A DNA stretch of 64,000 nucleotides from Candidatus Bathyarchaeota archaeon (GTDB lineage: Archaea; Thermoproteota; Bathyarchaeia; Bathyarchaeales; Bathycorpusculaceae). Every line of letters begins with the position of its first letter. Position 1 is the stretch's first letter. The position numbers and the translations under genes were made by a program. The notes below the pieces were generated by a model. It was not told the DNA's origin. It was given only the letters and a program-made list of their open reading frames with translations, and searched no databases. The stretch lies in NCBI GenBank assembly GCA_963707955.1, contig OY970176.1, positions 384,001-448,000 of the forward strand, read 5' to 3'. This document shows, piece by piece, positions 1-10,280 of this stretch.

Positions 1-166
1 CAGTGACTGCGTGAGCCCGCGCGCGCGATGTGTGCGCAATAAGGCGCTGTGGGCCATAGTGGTTGGCAGAAAGACATAACTCAACTCTGCTGTAAATTGG
101 AGATTAGCGCGCGCGAAAGTCTTTTAATGAGAACCTGACTCGCTTGATCTTGAGGAGCCATTCAAC

Positions 167-1660
167 TTGCGAAATGACGTCATACTCACTGCTGATAGCA
201 CGCTGATGAGTAATTATCGTCGCAACGAATTCTTGGGCTTCGGCACATGCGCGCCTCCGAACTTCATTCCGGACGAGCTATACAAGTGGCTTTTCTTCCC
301 TCCCATCCAGCAGGTAGATGACGTTCCGGCAGCCGCCCCGTACGGTTTGAGAAAGATCGAAGCTCAACTATTGAGCGAAGGATTCGACGTTCGAACCGTT
401 TCGCCTAATCATCTTAAGAATCATGTGGCCGAAGCGAAGGTGCTAGGCATACACGTCATGGACCCGTTTGGCTTAGGACCCGCCTCAAGCACCTTGGCAT
501 TTATTCTTAACAAAGAGCCATTCCTTGCCAAGTACTTTCGCGTGTTGCTAAGTCAGCCGCCGGTTAGAAAGGCAAAAAAGAACGGCTTGAAAATCATCGT
601 AGGGGGACCTGGAGCCTGGCAGTGCCGATACAGGCCAAAGTTTGTTGACAAATACGGGATCGACTGCATAATCGCAGGAGAAGCCGAGAAGTTTGTTGGA
701 AAAATCTTCAAAGCGGCTATCGAAGGCCAGCCGGTACCGAAATATTACGAGTCCAACATCGAAGAGAGCCCAAAAGTGGAAGAGATTCCTGAAATCGTCA
801 ATCCTTCAGTAAACGGCCTGGTAGAAATTGGCCGAGGATGCTGCAGAGGCTGCAAGTTCTGCAGTGTAACGATGAGGGCTTTGCGTTGGTACCCGATGGA
901 AAAGATCCTCCGTGAAATCGACGTGAACATGAAGGTCGGTGGCATAGAAGGAACAATCCTCCATGCGGAGGATGTCATGCTCTACGGCTCCAAGAACACT
1001 TCGCCAAACGGTGAAAAACTCATCAAACTGCATGAAACGGTCGTCAAAAAATGCAAAGGAGTGACGTGGAGCCACTGTTCGCTGGCGGCTGTTGCAGCGG
1101 AACCGAAGCTTTTCTCAAAGACGGCCGAAATCATAAAACAGAAACAACCATGGTGGGGAGTTGAAATAGGCATTGAAACCGGCTCTCCGAGGCTGATAGG
1201 GAAAATCATGCACTTGAAGGCTCACCCGTTCAAGCCCGAAGAATGGCCCGAGGTTGTCCGAACAGGAATGGGGCTAATGCACGACAACGGACTCGTCCCT
1301 GCTGGCACGTTGATCGTGGGAACTCCTGAAGAAAAAGAAGAGGATCTAATAAAAACCATGGAACTACTAGACGACCTAAAGGGGATGAGAAGCCTCATCG
1401 TGCCACTATTCTTCGTTCCCATGGGAACACTGCAACATGAAGACTGGTTCAAAGGAACACAAATGACAGACCTGCACCGAGAACTGCTGATAAAGTGTTT
1501 TCAGCATGATTATTACTGGCTCTATAACCTAATGGATATGGCATTCGCTGGAAGATGGCAGGGAAAAGTGCTAGAGCCTTTCTTCAAGCTCTTCGCATAC
1601 ATAGTGAAATTCAAAGCAAGACAGTCTGGAATCAACCTTACTGTCGACGAACAGACTTAA
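167..1660 (+). CDS. B12-binding/radical SAM domain protein
   Basis: GRGCCRGCKFC (CxxxCxxC); N-terminal IIVGGPGAW and GEAE cobalamin-binding-like segment; GIETGS motif. Confidence 0.85.
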   Translation: MRNDVILTADSTLMSNYRRNEFLGFGTCAPPNFIPDELYKWLFFPPIQQVDDVPAAAPYGLRKIEAQLLSEGFDVRTVSPNHLKNHVAEAKVLGIHVMDPFGLGPASSTLAFILNKEPFLAKYFRVLLSQPPVRKAKKNGLKIIVGGPGAWQCRYRPKFVDKYGIDCIIAGEAEKFVGKIFKAAIEGQPVPKYYESNIEESPKVEEIPEIVNPSVNGLVEIGRGCCRGCKFCSVTMRALRWYPMEKILREIDVNMKVGGIEGTILHAEDVMLYGSKNTSPNGEKLIKLHETVVKKCKGVTWSHCSLAAVAAEPKLFSKTAEIIKQKQPWWGVEIGIETGSPRLIGKIMHLKAHPFKPEEWPEVVRTGMGLMHDNGLVPAGTLIVGTPEEKEEDLIKTMELLDDLKGMRSLIVPLFFVPMGTLQHEDWFKGTQMTDLHRELLIKCFQHDYYWLYNLMDMAFAGRWQGKVLEPFFKLFAYIVKFKARQSGINLTVDEQT

Positions 1661-1866
1661 GCGCACGCGGAAAATTTAAGATATAGACTTTAGCCGTTTA
1701 AAGACGCGTACGCCCATGATAATTCACCTAGGCATGCATTTAGCCACCTTTAGTGCAATCCAAGGAACAACGTAGAAATGATGACTTTTCCCCGATAACT
1801 TATTTTCAGCGGTCAACTTTGTCTTGGCTATGGCTGCTTTTACAAGGTTGCGCTGAACTTCTTTTG

Positions 1867-2069
1867 CTATCTCAGATATTCAACTTTGCGCTTGTGATAT
1901 AGCTTGCATTCTTTGACGACTTTTTTCAAGTATCGCGGCGGATACATCATACCCATCCCTGCCAGCAACATGAGTTGCGTTGCCTGATCCTGCCTTGTTT
2001 CGCTGTATTCTGGGCATCCTATGCATTGATCGGGGAACTCATTGAAGCACACACGTTGTACTTCCAACA
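1867..2069 (-). CDS. small hypothetical Cys-containing protein (start uncertain; the track ORF runs to 2127 through a GCGC motif)
   Basis: ORF with CIGC and additional Cys residues; GGGGGAATA precedes GTG/TTG at 2069/2066. Confidence 0.35.
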
Positions 2070-2356
2070 CTATTCCCCCAGCGCGCGCGCTCGGGATATC
2101 TTCTTCCTTATATAATAAAGAGGTCAAACGAAGATATTAAGATGTATGGAGCTGTCTTCTATCCTCGCCTGATCTGAAAACTCGGGAACGTTCATGCGCC
2201 CTCGCGCGCGCGGGAAAATTATCCTAAAGTTTTACCCTTAGGGGAATTCTATAGATTATCGCCTCGCTCTTGGGTTGGAGCAGGCGTCTCTTAGAACGCG
2301 CTACGAAATCATAATGATCATCCGCTTATTCATGCACGCACAAGAGGAATCGAAAA

Positions 2357-3997
2357 CTATGCTTCCATACTAGAAAAGAGTTTCTTTACACCTCGCATGC
2401 AATAGTGACGCATCAACACAAGAAACAATGTTCCAATTGCCAATGTCAATATAATTGTCAACAATACTGATCCAGTTGCTCCGCCTCCCAACCCAGTTAA
2501 TAATCCCGTGCCTTCGTACAAAATCAAAGGAGTTAGAATCGCCACCGTAGCCAAGCCTCCCAAAACGAAGGCCACTATGAATCCTGTAAACGTAAGGTAT
2601 CTTGCTCTTGGTCCAACGTTAAAGCTGGGATATCGTGAGCCTGTTCCAAGCCCCACATAACCCTGTATTATCATATTGAAGGCCGCAGCAACCAAAGTAG
2701 CCAAGAACTGCCCCGCCGCAACAGGAGCCAGGAACTGCATGAGCAAAGCGATTGCCACGATGCCTGCCCCTGAAAAAATCCACGGAAGAAAAAGCTTTCC
2801 GAGAACCAATTCGTCAGCCGAGATGGGAAGCATATAGATGTTAGCGATCGAGTTTCCCTCCTGTCCTATACTAATTGAAGAAAGCATCATAGGCAGAATA
2901 AGCGATGTTTCAGCCAGAAGAACCAGACTCACGCCCGACAAAGCTTCCCCTGGATTCGCGCCGCTTGTCAACACTGGGAGCAAGGAGGCCACTACAAGCA
3001 ACACGGGTATGGCCAAGAACCTTGCCATTTCCCTCCGTCTCGCGAGGGATCTCAATTCTTTGGAGGCTACTGCGAACGCGACGGAGTCAAGCCACAAAAA
3101 TGATTTTCCTTGAGGGACATAGACGGTTGATGTGGATAAGGTAATGGTGACAGGTATGGGAGACCAATACTTGGCTCTTAGTCGAGTTGCAGCTTCAAAA
3201 ATCAGGAACGTGAAAAAGAGGGAAAGCAGGGCAAAAATGGTCGCTCTAGCCATATCCGGAGTCAGGAAGGACACGATGGCGACTGAAGGCCAGATTACAG
3301 GCAGGAACCAAGCCAAGCTGACGCCCGCCGCTATGCCTGAAAGGGCCGTGTAAAGAATGTATGGGTTAAACGCTATTTGCACCGCGACCAACAAAACGAC
3401 GACGAGGGCAATGCGTAATATGACGCCGAGTCTTCCGCTCTTCTTGTAAAGCGTGGTGGAGATACGGTTCATCACGGATCTCAACGCCTCCACTATCACT
3501 GCTCCCCAAACATAAGCCATGACAGAAATCAAAATGAAAAAGGGAACAACCGAAGACTCACCGAAGTTCAGAGCGAGCGGTATGGTGACCCCCAGACCAA
3601 TAAACAAAAAGGGCGAATAGGTGAGCTCCAACGAAACGCTTGACGCCACAACATATTCTATAGGAGACACTGGAAGCCAATTCACCGCTTCGCTCGAGGC
3701 AAGACCGCCCGTCTGCCCAAGCTCAAACAGTATCCCCGCCAAAATAACCGCCGAAGTGAGAATGACCGGCAGCACAATGAGGGACTGAACTGCGACCGGT
3801 CGAAACGAATTCATTAAATCAGCAGGAACCAAAGGGAGAGCATACACTAGAAACCCGAACGGAACGGCAAAAAGAACTATGTCAACAGCAACTATTATGA
3901 GGGGATTTGAAAGGCGACTTCTCCGCCCATAACGGCTCGCTCTGAAGTATGATTTGAAGAGAACAGTTGCGAGGCTTTTGACCGTTGACCATTTCAA
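2357..3997 (-). CDS. ABC exporter permease (multi-TM)
   Basis: 546 aa, many hydrophobic segments; overlaps the ABC ATPase stop codon. Confidence 0.75.
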   Translation of the reverse strand: MKWSTVKSLATVLFKSYFRASRYGRRSRLSNPLIIVAVDIVLFAVPFGFLVYALPLVPADLMNSFRPVAVQSLIVLPVILTSAVILAGILFELGQTGGLASSEAVNWLPVSPIEYVVASSVSLELTYSPFLFIGLGVTIPLALNFGESSVVPFFILISVMAYVWGAVIVEALRSVMNRISTTLYKKSGRLGVILRIALVVVLLVAVQIAFNPYILYTALSGIAAGVSLAWFLPVIWPSVAIVSFLTPDMARATIFALLSLFFTFLIFEAATRLRAKYWSPIPVTITLSTSTVYVPQGKSFLWLDSVAFAVASKELRSLARRREMARFLAIPVLLVVASLLPVLTSGANPGEALSGVSLVLLAETSLILPMMLSSISIGQEGNSIANIYMLPISADELVLGKLFLPWIFSGAGIVAIALLMQFLAPVAAGQFLATLVAAAFNMIIQGYVGLGTGSRYPSFNVGPRARYLTFTGFIVAFVLGGLATVAILTPLILYEGTGLLTGLGGGATGSVLLTIILTLAIGTLFLVLMRHYCMRGVKKLFSSMEA

Positions 3998-4758
3998 AGC
4001 TTCAATGCCTCAACAATCTTCTCCGTGTCCTCACTGCCCGTAAGCTTCAGGAAAGTATCCTCCAACGTTGAACCGGGCATCCCAGCCTTTGATCTCAGTT
4101 CCTGCACCGTCCCCTCGGCAATGATGCTTCCCTCATTCATGATAGTAATCCTGCTGCACATGGCCTCTGCAATTTCAAGAATGTGTGTACTAAACAGAAT
4201 TGAAACGCCTTCGCCAGCCAAGCGCTGAAGGACATCCTTAACGATCTTGGCTGACCTAGGATCTAAACCGTTCAACGCTTCGTCCAATACGAGGGCACGT
4301 GGACGATGAAGCAGAGCCGCCGTAATTGCTATTTTTTGCTTCATTCCTTGGGAGAAGCCGCTCATAACCTCATTCACGTGCTCATTCATTTGCAGCGCCT
4401 TAAGCAGCTCATCAACCCTCTCTCGCCGAACCTTCAGGTCGATGCCATACGCCGTGCCTACAAAGTCCAAGTACTCCGAAGCCGTCAGGTACTCATAAAG
4501 ATACGGCAATTCCGGAACATAGCCCACAAGTCTTTTCGCCTCGATAGGCTGCCGCAACACGTCCACGCCGCAAAGGCTGATCTTGCCATAATCAGGCTTA
4601 ACTATACTCATGACCATCTTCATGGTCGTGCTTTTCCCCGACCCATTCGGACCGAGAAGACCATGAACCTCACCCGGCAATACGGAAAGTGTCAGATCTT
4701 TTACAGCCACGTTATCACCGAAGGATTTCGTCACAGATTCTAGCATTATCCCGTCCAT
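3994..4758 (-). CDS. ABC transporter ATP-binding protein
   Basis: GPNGSGKST Walker A, FSQGMKQK signature, LVLDE Walker B, STH switch. Confidence 0.95.
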   Translation of the reverse strand: MDGIMLESVTKSFGDNVAVKDLTLSVLPGEVHGLLGPNGSGKSTTMKMVMSIVKPDYGKISLCGVDVLRQPIEAKRLVGYVPELPYLYEYLTASEYLDFVGTAYGIDLKVRRERVDELLKALQMNEHVNEVMSGFSQGMKQKIAITAALLHRPRALVLDEALNGLDPRSAKIVKDVLQRLAGEGVSILFSTHILEIAEAMCSRITIMNEGSIIAEGTVQELRSKAGMPGSTLEDTFLKLTGSEDTEKIVEALKL

Positions 4759-4921
4759 AAGTTATCCCAAACCTCATTCCCAATGTTTCCAGGCGCACTA
4801 CCACGGCCCACTGAACGAGCATACTTTGTTTTAAACTTTCTTTTTTGGGTATATAGCTTAATCTTTTTCGCCGTAGCGCATGACCTCAAAGCCCAGTTCG
4901 CGCGCTAACATAGAGATAAGG

Positions 4922-5075
4922 CGTATACTCGATTCCGATAATCTCCATATACGTAGCCTATTATGATGATTTCTACTCTCCCCCTCTTTCCATTACCACA
5001 AACACCTAGCATGGCTGAACCGAGTGTACTGCCCTGACAATGGCCAACTTTTCCCACAGCAGGGCATCATCGTCA
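4922..5075 (-). repeat. ~150-bp structured element, inverted copy of 10068-10219
   Basis: shared blocks TGACGA(C/T)GATGCCCTGCTGTGG, CATTGTCAGGGCAGTA(T/C)ACTCGGTTCAG and an exact 19-mer TATCGGAATCGAGTATACG. Confidence 0.85.
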
Positions 5076-5077
5076 CG

Positions 5078-6161
5078 TAGCGCGCATGCGTGTTCCTAAA
5101 TTCGATTTCTAATTGTATCAGGTGAGTCGCGTATCTCTCTCTTGAGGTGAGTCATGAGGAGATACGAGACTCTTGAGACCTTGTTTGGCAAGGTCGACTT
5201 ATCCTTTGCTGAGACAGTGCTTAATGAGACTTACCATGCGAAGGATTCTGTCGGCAGACCACCTAGAAGCCCTCTTGGCGTCTTCAAGGCTCATTTGCTC
5301 AGAAGGCTGAGGCACGTTCCAAGCGACAGGATGCTCGTGAGGCAGATGTGGAAGGACCCGAGGTTGAGGCGAATCTGTGACATAGAAGAAAATGAACCTC
5401 CATACGGCATAGCTGTCCTGTCTCGATTCAGGAGTAGGGTTGGGCCTGAAAGGCTGATGCGAATCGTTGATCACGCCATCGAGACGCTCGTAGAGAAAAG
5501 AAGAATCAAAGGAGAAACCTTGGCTTTGGATTCAACGTTCATCAAAGCGTGTAGCCGTCGAAACCTTGACAATCGTACAGGCTACAGTGACCCTGAATCG
5601 AGGGTTGGAAGAGCAGTCAAAACGAGAGATCTGGGCTACAGGCTTCACTTGGCCGTGGACTGTCGAAGCGAATTGCCCGTTGCTATGACGGGCCCCGGCA
5701 AACGAGAACGAGAAGAAACACTCTCTCAAGCTGCTTGAGAAGGCTTCACGCCACGTGAAACCTGAGAGGTTGGTTGCTGACCCACAGTACAGTTCCCAGA
5801 GCCTGCGAGACGCAGCCCTTGAGCAAGGAACGGTGCCTGTCATTCCTTACCCGCGAAACCAGCAGAAAGGCGTCAAAGGTGTTCTCAGAATCGACAGAAA
5901 ATTCAGGAGCCACGGGCCTCAACAGCTCAGACGAGCCTACAGAAGGCGCGCGGCAGTCGAACGAGTCTTCAGCAGACTCAAGAACCTCGCAGGCTTAACC
6001 CTGCACAACCTGAGAGGACTGGTCAAAATAACGTTGCACGCTCAGCTCTGCCTGCTCATCATGCTCTTCACAGCCCAAGCCGCCATAAACACGCACAGAC
6101 CAAGCAAAGCCCGAAGCATAAGATACTTCGCAAACTAATTTCGGAACACACATGCGCGCTA
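5078..6161 (+). mobile_element. insertion sequence (IS5/IS1182-like DDE) with terminal inverted repeats
   Basis: 5078-5102 TAGCGCGCATGCGTGTTCCTAAATT versus reverse complement of 6137-6161 TAGCGCGCATGTGTGTTCCGAAATT (23/25); the outer GCGCGC may be duplicated target. Confidence 0.9.
5154..6138 (+). CDS. DDE transposase, frameshifted near 5691 (ORFs 5154-5738 and 5755-6138)
   Basis: GRPP, ALDST, GYRLHLAVD, LVADPQY and YRRRAAVERVFSRLK motifs; the alternative frame reads APANENEKKH across the break. Confidence 0.85.
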
Positions 6162-6282
6162 TTTAAGTTAAAGACACGACGCACGCTTTCGACCTGTGGG
6201 GGCCAGTTGCATAAACGATTAATACTTGCTCTGCGACAGTTTATTCTGTGGGTTCCATAGTGAGTGGGAACGGGAAAGGAAA

Positions 6283-7959
6283 ATGAGGCAAACTCTGCCT
6301 TTAATGGTTGCCGGATTCTTGCTTTTCGCCGTGCTCTTTGAACCTGCTTTTTCACTGGTGCAATTTGGACCGCTAGGCAAGACGCAAGGTTTGTCAAGTA
6401 TTTCCCAGACAAGTAGTGTGCCGCATATCGTGGTTGATGGAAACCTCAGTGATTGGGCAGGAGTCTACCCCATCATCAACGGGACGAGCGGAGATAGGAA
6501 CGACCCCTACTTTTACGGAATCATCGAATGCTACATTCTGGTCGAGGAAGGCCAGCTTTATTTCGTCTTCCAGAAGAAGCCCGGTGGAAGCGACAGCTGG
6601 CAAATGTTCTTTGACACTAACCTGCCCAGCGAGACAGGTTATCCAGTAAACAATATGAGGGCTGATTATATGCTTGACATGGAAGGGCCTACGCTGAGCA
6701 AATGGAGTGGAACCGGATTTAGTGAAGTCAGCGCTCCTAACGGCTCAGTAATCGTTGCATGGGGAGCAATTGGCGGAGGATTAGACTCGAAAGAATGGTT
6801 CGAAGGAAAGATCAATCTGAATGCCCTTGGCAACCCAACAGTCCTCGGCCTCGTCTTCGAATTGCCATATGAACATTTGGTCGCGCCTGAGACGGGCTAC
6901 ATCGTAGTTGTACAGAGTCAGAGCCTCAGCTTCGCAGCTTCCTACACGGGGGCACCGACACTTCATTATGGCCAACCTGTCGACATGGTCTTCAACTTGT
7001 TGAATTTCGGACCTTCCGACTTGAGCAACGCTGACCTAGAAATCAATCTGCCCAAGGAACTCGCCGTTACATCAGGCCAAACGGGTTGGCAAGGAACGAT
7101 TCCAGAAGGCGTAAGACTCACGCTGGATTTCGAGGCTGAACCACTCAATTACGGACGAGCCATGAGCTACTCTAACTTCGCTTGGGTTGACTCCTCCTCT
7201 GGCGAAAACCGGACCGTTAACGTTCCATCCACAACGCAGACCGTGCCCAGCGTTTCTCTCGACCTAGAGGCTCCAGCCAACATGACTGTAGGAGTGGAAT
7301 CCTCGATCAACATCACCATCACCAATCTAGATCCTCTAACAGCGCCCTTGACCATCGAGACAGACCCCCGCTACAATCACGGATTCTTGCTCGAAAGCCT
7401 TTCACTCGCGCTCTCGCCCAACTCAACGGTACGGCTTCTCTCTTTGCCGGTCATGCCAACCACTTCAGGTTACGACCCGCTCTATATCACTGCAGTGTTT
7501 CAGGAAGAAAGCGTAGGTGGGGCAAGTTCGGAAGTAATGGTCAATGCACCCCAAATCTACGTGACCTCCCTCAATATGTCAAGCGAGATGCAGGTGGGCA
7601 CAGCTTATTCCATTTCTGCCGTAATCGAAAACGAAGAGAACGTCTCGTACGGAGTCTCTTTCTCGATAGACCCTGGCCCTGGTCTTGTGTGCGTGAACGG
7701 CCAAAGCGTAAACATCACTCTCCCCGCAAACAGCAATACCACGATTACTGTTCTGATGAAAGCGGAGAAAACAGAATACTCATACGCCACTGTGCATTTG
7801 GACGGTGCCTACGGCCAGATAGTATATCCGCAATACTTCAACATCAACTTGGAACCGGCACCGACTAACACACCGATGCTGATTGCGGCGACGGTAATCA
7901 TCGTGCTGATCTTCGCGGCTGTGTTGGCGTTGAAAAGAAAACCATTTCAGAAAAACTAG
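6283..7959 (+). CDS. secreted, membrane-anchored surface protein (sugar-binding-like N-terminus plus Ig-like repeats)
   Basis: signal peptide MRQTLPLMVAGFLLFAVL; VDGNLSDW motif; many N-x-S/T sites; C-terminal TM plus KRK. Confidence 0.7.
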   Translation: MRQTLPLMVAGFLLFAVLFEPAFSLVQFGPLGKTQGLSSISQTSSVPHIVVDGNLSDWAGVYPIINGTSGDRNDPYFYGIIECYILVEEGQLYFVFQKKPGGSDSWQMFFDTNLPSETGYPVNNMRADYMLDMEGPTLSKWSGTGFSEVSAPNGSVIVAWGAIGGGLDSKEWFEGKINLNALGNPTVLGLVFELPYEHLVAPETGYIVVVQSQSLSFAASYTGAPTLHYGQPVDMVFNLLNFGPSDLSNADLEINLPKELAVTSGQTGWQGTIPEGVRLTLDFEAEPLNYGRAMSYSNFAWVDSSSGENRTVNVPSTTQTVPSVSLDLEAPANMTVGVESSINITITNLDPLTAPLTIETDPRYNHGFLLESLSLALSPNSTVRLLSLPVMPTTSGYDPLYITAVFQEESVGGASSEVMVNAPQIYVTSLNMSSEMQVGTAYSISAVIENEENVSYGVSFSIDPGPGLVCVNGQSVNITLPANSNTTITVLMKAEKTEYSYATVHLDGAYGQIVYPQYFNINLEPAPTNTPMLIAATVIIVLIFAAVLALKRKPFQKN

Positions 7960-7995
7960 GAAAGAAAGTGTAACCGCGCGCGGCTTAGCGTGCTG

Positions 7996-9294
7996 TTATG
8001 TAAGCAGTTTCGTTACAAGATATTTTCTTATTTTCCGGTAAGCCTCTATTCTTTGTTTGCCTGTGAATTCTGGGGTTTCAAAAACAGGGTAGGCCCCTTC
8101 AACATCATCTATGGGCCAGTCTAGAAGCTCCTCTTTATCGTAGCCGATCCAGTGGCCGTTCTCGTCTACCCAACTCCAAAACTCTGTTCCAGGAATAGGC
8201 GTAGCTAAGCTCAAATGAACTCCGTCAACCTTCGTTCGCTCAACAAACTTTCTTGTTTTGTCAACAACTTTCGGGGTGTCGCCTGGATTTCCAACCATGA
8301 AAAAAACATTAGCTTTGATCCCAGCTTCACGCGTTTGCCTGATTGCTTTGTCCACTTGATCCAGGGTTATGCCCTTCTTTATTCTAGTCAAGACGTCAGG
8401 GTCTGCTGATTCGACACCGTAGTTAATTGCAGTGCATCCAGCCTTCTTCATTCTTGCTAGTAGTCCTTCAGTTACAGAGTCAACCCTTATGCCGTTCCAG
8501 AAATAAAGGCTAAGCTTCCATTTTCTCGCAATTATTCTTTCAAGAATCTTCTCAGCCCTGTCTAAATCAAACGTGAAATTATCATCTAAGAAACTGACGT
8601 CCCTAACTCCGTAGTGCTCTCTCAAGTGCTGGATTTCTGTCAGCACGTATTCTGGGCTGTGACCGCGCCAACGCTTACCAAAAACTGAACGCGAACAAAA
8701 AACACATTGATAGGGGCACCCTCTGGAAGTGAAAAGGACCCCCGCGTTCTCGCCGTAAAGGTCCATAGGCAACTTTTCTCGGGCAGGAAAAGGCAAACTG
8801 TCTAAAGTCTCTACGGGGTCCCTTGGAGAATTACTCCTAATCTTGCTTCCATCGCGGAAAATCAAACCGTTTACATCACTTAAGCCATCCTTGTTTTGCA
8901 ACCTTTCTAAAAGCTCAACAAAAGTAACCTCGCCTTCACCAACAACAGCCGCGTCGATTTCCCGGTGCCTAACCAACATCGCCTCACCCATTATGCAGGC
9001 ATAAGGACCACCAACAACCACGAAACACTCAGGAAAATGAGCCTTGACCTTGCTGACAACAGCAAGAGCCTGATACGCATTTCCAATAGCACACGAAACC
9101 CCAACAACCTCAGGCCTGTCACGAGACAAGGATTCTTCAAAAGCTGTGAAAGACTCAACATTCAAGTCTGATATTTCAACTTCAAATCCTCTTCTCTTCA
9201 GCAACGCCGCCAAATATCCTAATCCAAGAGGGGGAACTCGGGATAAACCCTTGCCAAGGGGTTGAACCAAGATAACTTTCATAATATTAGACAA
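7996..9294 (-). CDS. B12-binding radical SAM protein (class B methyltransferase-like)
   Basis: PPLGLGYLAA, VVVGGPYA, GEGE, TSRGCPYQCVFC, DDNF, GVES. Confidence 0.9.
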   Translation of the reverse strand: MSNIMKVILVQPLGKGLSRVPPLGLGYLAALLKRRGFEVEISDLNVESFTAFEESLSRDRPEVVGVSCAIGNAYQALAVVSKVKAHFPECFVVVGGPYACIMGEAMLVRHREIDAAVVGEGEVTFVELLERLQNKDGLSDVNGLIFRDGSKIRSNSPRDPVETLDSLPFPAREKLPMDLYGENAGVLFTSRGCPYQCVFCSRSVFGKRWRGHSPEYVLTEIQHLREHYGVRDVSFLDDNFTFDLDRAEKILERIIARKWKLSLYFWNGIRVDSVTEGLLARMKKAGCTAINYGVESADPDVLTRIKKGITLDQVDKAIRQTREAGIKANVFFMVGNPGDTPKVVDKTRKFVERTKVDGVHLSLATPIPGTEFWSWVDENGHWIGYDKEELLDWPIDDVEGAYPVFETPEFTGKQRIEAYRKIRKYLVTKLLT

Positions 9295-9365
9295 CTAACA
9301 GGAAATGCCAAATAAGCCTGCCGTTGACAATTGGCAATGCTTCCAAGCAAAGTCTACGCGCGCGA

Positions 9366-9485
9366 ATGAGAATGGGTAAGCGTCAGGAAATTGAAACACT
9401 AATCAATGAAGAAGCTCTGCAGTTTGCTCAATATTTGAGAAATGAAAAACAAGATTGGATTGCTAGAGTTGTAAATTGGAATTAA
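9366..9485 (+). pseudogene. putative C-terminal remnant of a solo/casposon-type Cas1
   Basis: translates to MRMGKRQEIETLINEEALQFAQYLRNEKQDWIARVVNWN*, which resembles archaeal solo Cas1 C-termini as I recall them; GCGCGC motifs on both sides. Confidence 0.6.
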
Positions 9486-9545
9486 TCTACTTTCTGTGTG
9501 TGTGCGCGCGCTGTCTTCTTGAAAAAAGGTCTAGGTTGAACTAGG

Positions 9546-9788
9546 TTATTGTGTATTGCTAGGCGGTGGTGGTGTCTTCCGTGGTGGATAAAGTAACCCC
9601 AACGCCAAGAATATTATCCCTGCTACGTCAAGAACTATCCCTACGTTTTGATAGGGAGTAACTATTTGGGTTAAGACGCGCGCGGGAGGCTGGCCAACAT
9701 ATAGGGTTACTTGGTAAAATGAGGCGAACAAGCCTATCGCCAAAAGAATTATTCCCAAGATTACTAATCCTTTGTTTCTTCCTTCCAT
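9546..9788 (-). CDS. small two-TM membrane protein with Pro-rich tail
   Basis: two hydrophobic helices; PPRKTPPPP tail. Confidence 0.65.
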   Translation of the reverse strand: MEGRNKGLVILGIILLAIGLFASFYQVTLYVGQPPARVLTQIVTPYQNVGIVLDVAGIIFLALGLLYPPRKTPPPPSNTQ

Positions 9789-10025
9789 ACTTTTTCCTTC
9801 ATGATTCCTATCATTTGTCCTCTGTTGTTGTGCAGATTAGATTTCTGACTCTAAGGTTCTAGCTAGTGATTCTAGTAGTTATGTGATTGTTACGGTTTCA
9901 GTAGCGCCTACGGATGAATTTGTGTTGCCTACTCGAATCTGTACAGCGCGCGCCTAATCAACGCCTTGACCATAGTGTATAGAAAGTCAGGAATAGGTCT
10001 TTTGATTCAGTTCGAGGAATTAACA

Positions 10026-10055
10026 GAAGTTGGGTTTGGGGATAAAGTTTTATCC
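10026..10055. repeat. left half-site of a palindromic recombination-like site
   Basis: GAAGTTGGGTTTGGGGATAAAGTTTTATCC; outer arm is the inverse of 10464-10485; 13-bp core is a direct repeat. Confidence 0.8.
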
Positions 10056-10067
10056 AACCAACCAAAC

Positions 10068-10219
10068 TGACGACGATGCCCTGCTGTGGAAAAAGGCAGT
10101 CATTGTCAGGGCAGTATACTCGGTTCAGAGCATAGTACTTGATCTCTGCAAAAGAGGTATTACGGGAAATCAGATCATAATAGGGTAGAGATATAGGTAG
10201 TATCGGAATCGAGTATACG
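10068..10219 (+). repeat. ~150-bp structured element (candidate ncRNA or folded DNA site)
   Basis: stems TGCCCTG/CAGGGCA and GTATACTCGGTTC/GAATCGAGTATAC; second copy at 4922-5075. Confidence 0.8.
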
Positions 10220-10280
10220 GTCGCGTCAATTCCTTTTCAAGAATCTACCATAGGATGGCTGTATCTTTTTTGAGACGTCT

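Noticed and set aside
9495-9511. Z-DNA as the sole explanation of the CG runs
   Set aside because: Runs of 8-10 bp are marginal for Z-DNA, and it would not explain the TA flanks or the coincidence with gene breakpoints. It could still contribute.
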